Assembly (NCBI RefSeq): GCF_036321535.1 | Contig: NC_087436.1 | Location: forward strand, 68,202,001-68,266,000 | Direction: 5' to 3' | DNA from: Camelus dromedarius | Taxonomy: Eukaryota | Length of the DNA: 64,000 nt | Shown: positions 12,120 to 25,619 of the stretch, piece after piece | Layout of the letters: every line of letters begins with the position of its first letter | Position numbering within the stretch: the first letter of the stretch is position 1 | Notes under the pieces: generated by a model | Databases searched by the model: none | Told to the model about the DNA's origin: nothing | Seen by the model: only the letters and a program-made list of their open reading frames with translations | Translations under genes and position numbers: made by a program

Positions 12120-13050
12120 AGTGTTGTTTTTTAGATGCAAATCTAATAAACAGGATGTAACTCTATTTTAGTGTTTACATTTAACCTGATCATCAGTCTT
12201 TAGATGAAAAGTTTATTCCATTCATCTTGATTACAAATTTGGATAACTGCTACCATCTTATTTTGTAATCTGTATTTGTTCTTTTCCCCACTTTATCTAT
12301 TTTCTTTTCTTCCTTCCTTACGTTCTTTCCTTCTTCTTTATTTTTCATTCTTCTTTTCTCCCTTTCATTCATTCACTCCGTCTTTTGTATTAATTTGGTT
12401 TTACCTCCATTTGATTTTTTTCCTCTACTCATTTTAAGTATATTGTAACAATTCTATCCTTTTGGTTGTTTCCCCAGAAATTTTAGCATGCTTATTTAAT
12501 CTCACCAGTTCTAAACATATAATATTTTTATTATCCTTCTGAATAATACAATGCTTGATTCCAATAACTATACTCCTTCCTTGTTTGTAAGAAACTATTG
12601 GATAATATTTTATTTCTGCCTTGAGATTTTTACCATCACAAATTAGACAGTAGTGTTACTATTTAGATTTTCCCACAGGTTTGCCATTGTTTTGTCTACC
12701 AAATGTTCTTGAATTTCAGATCTTTCCACATTGATCATTTTCCCTCTTCTTAGAGACTTTTTAGACATTCCTTGAGTTAAAATCTATTGTAGAAAAATTT
12801 CAGTTTTTCTTTGCCTGAAAAAATATTTCACTTAGTTTGGAAAAATAAGATTTTGTTCAGTGTAGAACCCTAGATTAACAGATGTATCCCTTCCTATTTG
12901 GGTTATATACCATTCCACTATCATCTGACTTCCACTGCTGTTATTGAAGTCAGATCTCATTTAAGCTGTCATTCTTTTATATATAATGAAGTTATATTTT
13001 GTTATTCTTTTATATATAATGAAGTTAGTTTTCCTCTGGATGCTTTCAAG
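12120..13050 (-). mobile_element. Ancient L1 (L1ME/L1M5-like) fragment
   Basis: T-rich degenerate antisense L1-like sequence (ttattccattcatcttg, ctaccatcttattttg, cattccactatcatctgacttcc). Confidence 0.55.
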
Positions 13051-15182
13051 AAATTACTATTGTAATGAATCACATTCAAAAATTTCCTAATTAAATCATT
13101 GCATAGCATTACATGCTATGATCTTAATAATACATTAATACATTGTGAGATATTATTCACTAATAATGTACCTAGGATTTTTGCTTAATATTAGGATGTG
13201 CACTTGCTTTACTCCTTGCATGGAATGATCTGAAATGCCCATGACTGGCTTCTTCTTATTGATCAGAATTCAACGTTAGTGTCTCTTTCTCTACTGGTCC
13301 TTCCCTTTACAAGCAATTAAAAAAAAAAAAACAAAAAAAACCTCTCCGCCCTCCATAACACCACCCTATTTACATTTTTTTATAACACCCACAACTAAAA
13401 TTATCCTACCAATATGCTTCCTAACATTTCTGTTTCTGTACACTTTTACCCTCCCTCTTTAAACCTGTGTGAGTGCAGAAAGTTCCCAGTGGATCCTCTT
13501 TGCTCCCCATGGTAAAGGGTCAGAGGGCCCAAATTTCCATCGTCCTGGCATCTCTAACAAAATGAAGAGTCTTTTGGTTCAGAGAATTACTGATTTTTAT
13601 CATTTCTTTTGATTCAGGGTTTGGAGAGGATGCACATCAGTTCATATCACCAAGCAGCCTGGGTCAGAGTTCCTTACTTTGCCACAGTTATGTTAAAAAA
13701 TAAAATACCATCATTAGCGAGGCATATCTCTACATGTTAATTGAGAACACTCTCCATTTTACATTGTTAAATAAGAGCAGAATAATTTAAACAGGGTAAT
13801 TCTGTTTTTCATAAAATAAAAAGAACTATCTGCATGTTCAGATAGTTTTTACTCATATTTATGTAAAAGAGCTTGGAGATTGTATTACAGTGGTAGAGGG
13901 AGGAATTCCAGTTTATTATAACGTCTCCCCAAAAGTTTTAAGCATATGGGCAAATGTCACATCCTTTTTTGTTTTAGTAAATTCAGAAAATAATAAAATT
14001 CAGACAGAAAAGAAGCCAGAAATTCAACAAGGATTCCATTAACCAAAATCTGATTAGCTTAAAAATAAATAAATAAATAGAGAATTACTCAAAAATGTTT
14101 GCTTTCTTTCTTATTCTACTCTCAGATTTAACTTATGACACTGAGTTTCCAGCTTTTATTAAACATTTCCCAAATTCCATTCATGTTCCCAAAATGCAAA
14201 CTCCTATCTGCATTCTATGTTTTATATAATTTTTTAGCCATCGCATTAATTGGCAAGTACCAGAAATCAGGGTAGCCTATTTACACATTCAACTGACAGA
14301 GTTAGCATAATGTTTTCAGGATACTTCAAGCCATCATGTCCAGATATCTGAGAAAGCACTGTTCCAGTCTTCCAACAGTTTGATACCAAAACAATGAAAT
14401 GTATAGCACAGAAAGAGCTTAACTCTGCACATTTGATCTGAACAAGGCCATAAAGAAAGAGTGCCCATAAAAGGAGGTCTATATAGCTGAATTTCATGGG
14501 GGAACAAGAATATATTCTTTTTTATGAGAAATTCTTATGCCTTGGAGCCCAATTTTAAGGGCCTGCATTTCAACTCTTTCAACTCTTATTATAAGGGAAA
14601 AAATAAAAGATGGATTACTCTCTGATCTAATGAAACTCAAATGGCTAGCAGATTGAGCTCTGATACCTGTGCTCCATTTCTCGAAATATCTGCAATGCAA
14701 ATAACTGTTCAAGATTCCTTTGGCTACACTAACATTTATGTGTGTCATGCCAAATAAAATAGCTATTTATGTGTTTAAAGGAGAGCATTCTTGCTCTGTA
14801 TGTACACACCTGGGCTCACTTCCCTTGAGAAGATGCCTCAACAGCGCTAGTATAACAAGACAATAACAGCAGAATAATAGAGATTTATAGTGATTGTCCA
14901 GAAGTCAACAGGGGATGGCTCACACAGTGAGCGTAACCATAACAAGTGTCAGTTTTTTCAAGCAGAAAACAAAAGCAGAGCTGTTTGATGCAATCTAATG
15001 TTTCTGCCACAAAAGCCACACTGAATCTACAGGCTAATTATAGCATGCTCTTGTTCCCAGAATGACAAAAAAGAAGAAAAATCATAAAATATTAAACTGT
15101 AAACCCTACAACCCGAAATGGATGTAAAACTCTGACTTTTTTTTTTCTGGCAATGTCAGATTTTCATCACTAAGATCCTTCC

Positions 15183-15486
15183 TGAAAGTCCAAACTAGGC
15201 CACAGATTTGTTCTGCCTGACCTACACAGTAATAAGGAAATCAGGGCATTTCTATATACATAATTTCTTTGAATTATCAGAGGACTTAAATTCGGAATGG
15301 CATACCTGCATGGTAACAATCAGATCCGCTAAGTAACAGCTGCCCCTTTGGTTAGCCATTTCTTTTCTAGTCAGCTAGAAAACATTCCCCACAACTCCCT
15401 CTTGTCTTTCATTTCCCACTCCTTCACTAATTTATAAACAGCCATTACTTGTCTGGTACCTCTTGGCATTTGAGTTTGCATTCCCC
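15183..15486. mobile_element. hAT-Charlie element, MER102-like
   Basis: cctgcatggtaacaatcagatccgctaagtaacagctgccccttt ... ggcatttgagtttgcattcccc. Confidence 0.65.
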
Positions 15487-16590
15487 AATACAAATAAATC
15501 CTTCTGTATTATTGCTCCAGAGTTAGGCTTATCAAGGACTCTACATGGCAGGAAAAGCTCTGAGACAGATATCATGGTGTGAACAAATCTGCAATGCAAG
15601 CTAGCTAAGGCTTAGAGGTTCTAAAATGGCTTACCTATGGCAATTAAGAAATACCGTTGGAGGGAAACTTGAAAGAAAAGGGATAAATGAGGTTCACCCT
15701 TCATAAGAAGTAAATTTTCCAAACTTTGAATTTGGAAGAGAATGGCATGGTGGCATAATAGAAGAATCCAGAGCCCAGTGAATGCTACCTCTGACTCTGC
15801 TTTGGGTAGATTATCTTAATTTATCTGGGTCAGTTTCTTCATCCCTAAGGTGAGGGAATCATGCCCATTGATAAAGAAGCTTCCTTCCAACTCCTGGTTT
15901 CTATATGAAGAATTCTAAAGAAGAATTTTCTCTTTCATAATCCTTCCTGGCTCCAGAGAGTAAGTGTAGAAGGAAGGAGTATGTTGTATGTTTATGTCTA
16001 CCTTTTAATTGTTGGTAGCTTCTATAAGGGAAAATTATATTTAATCAGTGTTTTCCAATAAAAATAATTTCTCCTTGCTTTAATCATCTTGAATCCTCCT
16101 CATCTGGCTCAACATGCAGTAAGACATGCTGAAGACCTGAAAGACTGCCTCAAAATGTCTAGATTTCTGAGATTACTCTGATGATTATAGATATTCCAAC
16201 TAGTATTTTCTGAAGCTATAGTGATGGCCGTATTTTACTGACTTTCTTCCAGGGTTTCTGAAAGGCACTTCACATGGATTATCACATTTAATTCAGATCA
16301 CTACTTCACTAACACAGGAGCCAGTCATTCCTAAGAATCCCTATATGTTCCCTCTCAAAAGACATTTTCAATGCTATATTACAGAGGTTGAATCACTGAG
16401 GTTCCAAAATGGGAAAGCACAGATCCAGAGAAGAACAAGAAGCATTCCTGCTGCAGACAATAACTAACCATGAAATCTTAGCGAGTATAGACTTAAACGT
16501 TCACATCTGTCCATTCTATCTCCACTTTATTTCTTACAAATTCCAGATGCTTCTCTTTCTATCAATATATACTTATTTCTAATTGTACGT

Positions 16591-16615
16591 ACACACACAC
16601 ACACACACACACACA
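16591..16615. repeat. (AC)12 microsatellite
   Basis: Perfect acacac run read directly. Confidence 0.95.
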
Positions 16616-16811
16616 AATACCTGTAAATTCTCAGATTTAAAATTTGTTTAAAAAGTGAAGTTTGTTTTCCTATTTCCAACTCTCTACATATATTAATATT
16701 TAATTGATATTCCATTATAGAATTACTTAGAATATAAAAGAAATCAGTCAGCAGACAAATTATTTTAATGAATGTAAGGTTTCTTGAATAAAGCCTCTTT
16801 CATGAGCTATA

Positions 16812-17166
16812 GGAGGGGTTGGCAGACTATTTTCTGTAGAGCTAGATAGTAAATATTTGGACCTTACATATTAAATGCTCTCTATTGCAACTACTCAGTT
16901 CTTCCCTTGCAGCAAGAAAGTAGCCATAGATAACAAATAAATAAGTGTAGCCATGTTCCAAAAATATTTTATTTATGTAAATTTTAATTTCATATAATTT
17001 TAACAGGTCATGAAACCATTACTGTTCTTTTTTCCCAGCCATCTAAAAACATAAAAACCACTCTAAACTCGCTGGATGCAAAATTTGTTCACACAAAGGT
17101 TATTTTTGGCCTACAAGCCAAATATATGAGATCTGACCACATCAAGCCACAGTTTGCTGACCCCTG
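16812..17166. mobile_element. hAT-Charlie MITE, MER58B-like
   Basis: Termini gaggggttggcagacta / cagtttgctgacccctg; internal gatagtaaatattt, gcaactactca, aatttcatataatttt. Confidence 0.8.
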
Positions 17167-17499
17167 AAATACAGACTAGACATCAAAAGAATTAGCTTAG
17201 AGGTTTATCACAAAGTATATTAATATTAACCTATGTAAACTACTTTGCATAGTGTCTATAATATAATAGGCCCTCAATAAATATTTATAATAAAAATTGT
17301 TATGAGAGCTAAGTTTTTTTATTTTGTTTAATCTGTGCCCGTTTTGAAAAACTGAATCACAGGCAAGCATTAAGTTAGGATTTATAATTCTAGTAGAATT
17401 AGAAAAATAAAATCCAAGATGTTTCATTACTGCTTATTATATATAGTAAAGATTGTGTTAGCCAGTGGGTTTTTTTTTAACAGTGCCAGTTTAGACAAT

Positions 17500-18645
17500 C
17501 AATCATCATAGTTTTTACACTGGGTCTGTGCAATTTATTTCCTAAATATCTTCAGTATTCATAGTACAAGTTTCCTAAGTCATCATGGATTGTCACAATG
17601 AAGAGAAAGAGAGCCTCAGAGTTCCACAAATAGTTAAAATCCCAAAAGGAGTATTATAATCCGTGGCTATCCAAGTACCATATTTAAAAGGAGGATTACA
17701 GTAAGCCACGTCCCTTTACACTCTATCAATAATACATATTACTCTACTCAGCAATTCAGACTATTGAAGGATATCTGAGACGGTTGTGTACACCAGAGGG
17801 AGCTGAGATGCAGTGTTAATGTTCTCAATCCTTCACTTGCTAAGCATAATCAGCAATGACTGAGAAGTTTCTCTGTAAAGGACCATTTCCAGCAAATCAA
17901 CTTTATAATCATTAAAATGAAGAAAATTCATTGTTAATATCCTTATGGAAATACATGCAACTCTGCTGTTGCTGTCAAATTTGTTGATGACACAAAGCTG
18001 GTAGTAAGAGGGAATATATGAGATGGCACAATGAACATGACAAAATATACATGCTATCTTTTGCAACTGAACATAGCAAGAAGAAATTTAAAAGAGATGC
18101 AGCTTGCAGGGAAGAAAAGATTACCCTGCTCTGCTCACATCTGGTCAGATCTTTTCTGGAATTGTGTTCAACTTTTGTCAATGTGTTCTACAAATCTAGA
18201 GACAATGGACCATAATCAGGTTAGCACAGAGCAAGGCAATTTTGATGATAACAGGACCTAAAACCACAACATGGGAGAATGGCTAAGGGAAATGAGAATC
18301 TTAATTTTTTTTAAATGACAGACTTAGATGAAATAGGATAATCATCTTCACATAGTTGGAGAACTCTCATAGGCAATTGTTCTCCTTAATCTAAATATCC
18401 AAAGAGAGAGGGTAAGTCCAGTCCAGAAACTGGATGCTACAAGGAGACTGATTTCTACCAATATAAGAAAAGTATTTAACAGAGTCTCTGAAAGATGGAA
18501 TGAGGCTGCCTTAGGAGGTGGAGTCTGTCTTTTCTGCAGGTGTATTACTTGGAATGAACAACCACTTGATGGGAAAGTTGTAAAGGAGATTCAAATGCCA
18601 CTTTGATGATACAGCCAAAATACTTATAAAGAATTATTCTAACCT
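17500..18645 (+). mobile_element. L3/CR1 LINE fossil
   Basis: 17977-18000 encodes KFVDDTKL, resembling the CR1 RT motif KFADDTKL; downstream ctggtcagatcttttctggaattgtgttca and gatggaatgaggctgccttaggaggtggagt are L3-type; left boundary uncertain. Confidence 0.8.
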
Positions 18646-21600
18646 TGGCAGTGTGTGTTTCCATTTCTAAAAAGACTTGGAGATGGTTCAATGTCCACGT
18701 TGATAATTTAGGTGCAACTTATATTCCTTAGATTATTTTCCAACCTAGGAACAAAATTGTTCTAGGATCTAAAAAAATTAATTATAATATTTGATCCATC
18801 TGAAAAAGGGATATGGATGAGAGAATTCTTCCAACATGAAAATTTTGGAGAAAATAGCCCAATAAAACATAACACAAAATTTTAACCCAGATACTTCCTT
18901 TTCAAAATAGATACTCCAAATTATATAATTAACATGTTTTTCTTCTAAAATGCAAACTACCTCAAATTACTTTTAACTATCTTTCCCCTTGGAAAGTGCA
19001 GTATATACTTGGCTAGTGGTAGGTGTTCTCAATAATGATGAGGGACATTCTTTGCCATGGTACAGTTTCCTGACTTATGTATTTTTTTGTCTCTGTAAGT
19101 TGTCTTTTAAAGGCATCTATGAATATGTAGGAAAACAGGCACAACTCCAAGAGGACTAATCTGGAGGGCGACAATTGAGTGGTGTGCAACCCATGTACAG
19201 TTGAGACACTGAGCCACTGTCAAGAAGTCATAATTCTTGAAGTGTTTAATGTGAAGAATAAATGTTGAACTGGGATCTCTGCAAGGGAAAAAAAAGCAAG
19301 TTGTCCCTGGGTAGAACAAGACATTGACCTTCTGAGAACTTTAAACAATTAGTTTCTATTTCTCCATGAAGTATTAAATGGGTCGTGACTTTCGGAAAAC
19401 ACACATTTATGGCAAGATGGTGAATTTAAAAGTGTAAGGAAGAGGTGTAACAATCTCTCTCTACTATACATAAGATGACTCATATTTTGAGAAGCCTGGA
19501 CACCATTAAATGTAAAACCTCTGCCATAACAAGTCCAGGACATTTTCTTCCTTCCCTATTTGCAGCAAGTATTCTGATGAATACAGTGAATTTTTAAGAG
19601 ACAAGAAAAATTCCACGTAAGTGGACTTATGTCTATAGCATCTCCCTCCTGGGCAGCATCCATATCGCCTCTGTTACAGAGTGTAACACTGTAATGGGCA
19701 TGTCTGTCTTCCCTCACTAGACTACAGAACCCATGGAAGAAATCGCCAGGCCCAACAGACCTCAGACAAAGCACTGTGCATAGCAGATGTTCAAAGCTGT
19801 AATTAAGAATGAACAGATAAATGTATAAATACCTAAATATGAAAATATAAGATCTCAGGTGGCAGAAACTCTCTTATCTTTTCACACATTATATCTATGC
19901 ACAGTGCCTTGAAACTGAAGTTTCTTTCCTGCACTGCTAACAGTAAAAAAAAAAATCCATGTTCCTAAAGGGAAAATACCTTTGTAGGGCTCTTTGCTTT
20001 CTCAAATGAGAGATTAAGTTATTTTGAACCTTCTACCAAAAAAAAAAAATTGTATAGTACAGAAAACTCTCTAGAAGAATGAGAAAAAATTTTATTAACT
20101 TAGAAAAATGATGTCTTTCCTCATTGTGTTCATAACCCACACTCTGGCAGACAAGTATCTGCACCCTAGTTTTAAATCAGTGTATACCATATGGTACCCT
20201 AACACTTGCTAAGCACTTTTGGTCACGCTAAAGTTATGGGACAGTCAAATCTCTAAATCTCCAGGTATAGCTTTAATTCCACATTGGACTGATGGCAGAT
20301 ACCTTCACTACTCTGCCCCACAAAATAATGTGATTAACTTTGATGGAAACAATGAATGTTCAACCCTGAAGCAATGTCCACTTTCTACCCTTTCTGTGAG
20401 AATTATTGGAATGAAGGAAAAGAAATAGCCCAGGAGCCTTTTAAGCATTCTTATTTTTCTCTGTCACATCATTAAAGGTTCAATGAATCTCCAATTAAGT
20501 CTCCCTAACTGCTGTCACCGATTTGATTGATAGATGTCCTTGGCTCACCCTCCACAGGACATGCCAGTACACGAAGCCCCCACCTGCCACTATCAATTAT
20601 TGCTCTCTTGTCATCAGTGCCCTCACTTGTCAATTTATTTGCCACAAATCCAGTGAAGCCCTCTAATCAGGGAACAAAAAGAAAAGCTATGCTTTACCTT
20701 TAATGGTGGGGTAGAAAAAAGTCTTTACAAACCACACACGATTTAATCTAAGAGGAAACTTTGTTTTAGGCTTTTCCATTTTCTTTCTTTCACCACTCAC
20801 CAAACTGGAAAGGAAATGGTGTCATTGGAGCTGACTCATGAATGTATTAACATTCAGTTAACTAAAGGTAAGGGGGAAATGGGTTGGTTTTTTTTTAAAT
20901 ATACTTATAACTTAAATAAATGTAGACTTTTGACCCTTTGAGAATCTACCAAGCATTTTCCAGGAAGAAAAAAAAGAAAAACATCAGTCAGTTTCTTCAT
21001 AAAACTGATAACAAGAAGCACAGATTCGAACTGATTAAAAGGATAAAGCAGTTCTTTAGTTGTTTTTGGCAAACCTAGTAAACATGATAGATTTTAGTTG
21101 TCTCCCGCCCCACCTGTTTAATGTTTAAAGGTGAACTGATTGTGGTGCTTGATAATTGGATTACCTGTCTAGGACACTGCAATCTTCTGTCTATCGACAG
21201 AAAAATATAGCCTCCCCTGGAGTGCCGATATCCATTCCTGCCTTTGACCATGAACCGCTCTGCACAAACCCCCAGGAGGCTCAGGTGCATCTGACAGGAT
21301 CTATGAAGGAGAGATTGATTCCATTTGGATGCAACTGTTAGATAACGACCTTTGACCTCTTACCCAAAGTGACAACAAAAAAAATGCCAACTCTTATTCA
21401 TCTTATGTCCCAGAAGAGACTATTTATTTTTCTAAAAATGGTTCAGAGGATTTTGTGGGTTTTTTTTTTTTCTTTCTTCCTATTGGACAGGGGGGAAGTA
21501 GAAGGCAGGAAAAAGAGAGAGGACATTTTATGACAAAAGGAAAGGTGATGTCTCTTCATATTGGGGAGTGTGGGAAGTAATTTTCCTGGTCTAAAGATTT

Positions 21601-21777
21601 CCCAGGAATGATTGATCCTCTCCTTAGTCCTTCCAGTTTGCCACTCTGAGAGTGTGTCACTTATATATTGTTAAATATATTTTCTGAAAGGTGGATTTTG
21701 TTCACTCAAGAAGGCATGAAATGAGCAGGGGAGAGGAGAGACTACCTCTTTTTTCTCTTTAAAATTATCCTCTCCTG

Positions 21778-21958
21778 TTTATACTGTATAGCACAGGGAA
21801 ACATGTACAAGATCTTATAGTAGCTAATGATGAAAGAGAATATGAAAATGAATATATGTATATTCATGTATGACTGGAAACTTGTGCTGTACACCAGAAA
21901 TTGATACAACATTGTAAACTGACTATAACTCAATAAAAAAAAAAAAGAAAGAGGAAAA
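21778..21958 (+). mobile_element. Short 5'-truncated young L1 3' end with A-rich tail and TSD
   Basis: actgtatagcacagggaaac ... gactataactcaataaaaaaaa; imperfect TSD aaaattatcctctcctg (21761-21777) / aaaattatttcctcctg (21959-21975). Confidence 0.88.
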
Positions 21959-23394
21959 AAAATTATTTCCTCCTGCTATGACCAAATCATAAAATATGAA
22001 CAGGCATCTATAATGTCAAATATCTATGTTGTAGTTCTAAATGTCTATCTACATGAGTAAGCAGACGTTGAACCAGTGTTTATAGGACACCAGTCTGCCA
22101 CTATGTGATGAATACTGTACTTCGCAGTGTCATTGTATCACTTCTTCTAAGGTCAGTCATTCCCAAGAAAAAGTGACAAAGGCTAATAGTTCTAATATTT
22201 TTTGCTTTTGTTTTTAATCTACATTTTGCTTTACCTATTAATGACTTGTCTAGGCATTTACTTTTCATTGTTTTAAAACATTTGTCATTTTAATAGCTCC
22301 TGCTGAAAATGGACTACCCTTAAGAAGAAGGATTTACAAAAAGCAAAATTTCCTGTAAATGAAACCAAATTTTAAATATCCTTAAATATTTATCAGTGAA
22401 TTTCCCACAATAGCCAATACCCCAACCCCTCTTGCTAAGTTGTGGAATTAGGTTGAGGACAGATGACCATGAAATTGTTTGGGCTTAGTGATTATAGGCC
22501 TGATTTTAAAAGCACATATTTCACTCCTCAGGCATTTCTGGCACAAAAGAGGGAAAATTAATCAAAGCTTAATCCAGGTAATCTGGTTGCGTGGTTACCG
22601 ATAATATCATTGTCCACTTTACACAACCTAAGTAGTTTGGAAATGGAATAAAATTTCCATATCAGGATACATTTAGTTCATCCCTGGGTATCAAAAGCAA
22701 CTGATTTTTCAGTTCATATGTGAATAATTCCAAAGAGTTCTCCTACTTCCCTTGAGGGTATCTGACACTTGATTTGTTCTCAGATCTGAATGTTAACAGA
22801 GATATTTGTCATTGGTGATACGAATACCCTAGATCACATTATTCATTCTCATTACAGATTATATTTCAAAACTATTTTGATTTACTATCTGTCTTCAAAA
22901 TTCCTCTTTATTATACCAGACAAAAAGTGAGTTATAAAAATATTTTAGCTCTCCTTTATCAACATAAATGCCATGATTCTATTATGCATTTACTCTACCC
23001 CCTTTACCAAGTTTTTGACCACACAGACATCCTATCATCTGTGATTGGTCCATAATTAGTATGCATTAGTTTTTATATAGTCCATAGTAGAAAACATAGG
23101 TCTTTTTTACGAAAAAGCTTTAAATAATTGTTCAAGTGACCATCCCCTCGATTCTATGGAACCACTGTCAATTCTGCTCAGATATTTTTCTAATTTAGAC
23201 AGTGAATGCTTCAGTCCTTAAACATTGACTCTCTAAATAGTTAAGGGTTCATTATTTGCCCCTTAGTTAATGCAAGGACCATCCATTTTTGGTATTTGTG
23301 CTTTCTAATTTTTTAACCACAAGAGAAATCCTCCTGTATAAACAGTTCTGAGCCTATATATAAGCTACACATTCTAGCAACCAGTAATGTCTCA

Positions 23395-23555
23395 GAGCAA
23401 TGCTTCTGGAACTTAATGTGTACAGGAATCACTTGGGCATCTTGTTATAATGCAGATTCCAAGTAAATTGAGGGTGGGACCTGAGAATATGCATTTTTAA
23501 TAAGCTCCCAAGTAATACGGATGTACTGATCCATGGTCCACACTTTGAGATGCAA
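23395..23555. mobile_element. hAT-Charlie MER5A-like
   Basis: gaatcacttgggcatcttgttataatgcagattcc ... tgcatttttaataagctccc ... ccacactttgag. Confidence 0.8.
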
Positions 23556-23851
23556 CATGTTAGAACATGTCCAAGTAGCCTTTTTTCACTGTTTTGCAAG
23601 ATGACCAGCACCCACTGTCCTATGTGACTGGTTTGATGAATTTTCTAGATTAACCTAATCAAGATACTGAATAGTCAGACTTCAGGCTCCTTTTTAACTC
23701 TAAACAACAAAGAGTAAAATTATTTTTTAATGGAGCATCTAAGGTTTACATTTTTAAACTAAAAACTCTGAGAAACAATGCAAGTAGCATAGTAGTTGCT
23801 AAACCTCTATTGACAAAATAAGTTTTATCTTTATCTATTTTGTTCCCCATA

Positions 23852-24032
23852 AGAGTGTTTCTCAAGTATCAATATGTATAAGAAACTCCTGAGAAGTTTA
23901 TTAAAAGTGCAGACTACAAGCCCAAATCTCCAAGATCGCAGTAGGATGAAGAAGAGCCTGAGGACCTGGGTTTGCAACAAGCACCTCAATGTGATCCTGG
24001 CACAGGTGGTGACAGGCCACTCTGAGAAACAC
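23852..24032. mobile_element. hAT-Charlie MER5-like
   Basis: gtgtttctcaag ... ttattaaaagtgcagact ... aacaagcacctc ... ccactctgagaaacac. Confidence 0.7.
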
Positions 24033-25189
24033 AGCCATATGATGATGACACATTTTTGGACCATGTGAAAGGCATTTTAATTTGAGTTTAATGCAGATCA
24101 TATCATTGACTCATTAAGATCTGGGACTGAAACATCCTCTGTCTTAATACCCACTAAGTTGTGGTGAATCCTTTTGTCAGCATGGGTAAAAGAAGCCACT
24201 AACGTGCATTTTACTCTTGTGGATTGGAAAACATAATGCTCCTTTTAAAGACAGCAGGTCTGCTTGAGGGTAGAATGAATACTTCACTTGGCTTCATAGC
24301 TAAATCTTAAAATTTAATTATTCAAGCTCAGTTTTTATTAAGATATTATAAAAGAAGCTCACAAGAGCCAACGAGATGAAGGCATCAGAGGAAGACATGC
24401 TTTAATTAGAAAATGGCAGTCAAATATTTTATGCTAAAAGATAAGTAACATTTCCAGATTAATTGTTTCAACTTGTAACTTCTTTTAATTTGATTTCAGG
24501 GGAGAAAAGACACATATAAAAGAAAAACCATTCACAGAATATCTCACACAATGCCAGGCAAAATAGAAGACATTACTCAATTTGTTAGATGGGCCTGGGA
24601 AGAGGACAAATAAAGTCTTTTTTTTTTTTTGACTTTCTACTATACACGATAATCTAAAAGATAGGCAAACGAACACATATATTTAGGTTCCACACTTGAA
24701 TCCTGGGAAAAATCACAGAAATAAAACCAGGAATATGATGTGAAAATAACTGATATTAATAATTAACTTATCTATAGGTCATTTAATCTAGTATTTCAAA
24801 TATCCCCAGTACAGCCAGGAACCCAGAATGAGTAAAAAGAGGACTCTGAGATGTCAAAATACTTGATAAAGTCCACATGGTATCATTTATACCTTGTATT
24901 TGAGAGTGAGGACCTTATATATTTACTCAAAGCTTATTTACTCTAACTTTAGGGACAAAGCTAACAAAAGTTGTTTATCAGGTTTTGCCAAATTTGCAGA
25001 TTAGCATTATTACCATTTTCCATTGAAAATATTGTTACATCTAATAAATTAGACAACCTAATGTAACCCCACTTACAATCACAGACCAAGAACAGAAAGA
25101 TGCTTAATTAATAAAGAGATATACACAGATAAAGAGATACACATACATGGTTACATGTATACAATATTAAAACTGAGATTCTATATCAC

Positions 25190-25535
25190 TTGCATCTTCT
25201 GAAAGGGTATTTATGAGAATTAAATGAGTTAATGTTTTTAAAGAGCTTGGAATTGTGCCTGGCTTACTATTATTGTTATCATCATAATTGCTACTAGGTG
25301 GTAATAAAGTGGTAAGCTTAGTCATATAACTGGACTCAATTTCAGATTCCAAGCCTTGCTTAATGTTTCACCTTGGGCAAGTGGCTTAGTCTCTTTAATT
25401 CTCACTTTCCTTCTCTGCAGAATCTTAGTATTCACTTCATAGGGTTGTGATAAGGTTTAAGTATCATAATGCAAAGGTCTTAGCCCTGTGCTTGCCACAA
25501 AAGAAGTACTCGATAACAGTTAGCTGTTATTACTG
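25190..25535 (+). mobile_element. Two adjacent MIR fragments
   Basis: atgagaattaaatgagttaat...gtgcctggc; accttgggcaagtggcttagtctcttt ... cttcatagggttgtgataagg. Confidence 0.75.
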
Positions 25536-25619
25536 TTGGATTTTTGGCTGGAAGGGAAATATTAAAATCTCATTTTACAGATGAGAAAACCAAAGCTCAA
25601 AGATGTTCAATAATGTGCC

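Noticed and set aside
14285..14460. Possible minus-strand exon (IKCAELSSF...)
   Set aside because: Plausible acceptor but poor donor (TGT|gtaaat) and unrecognised peptide
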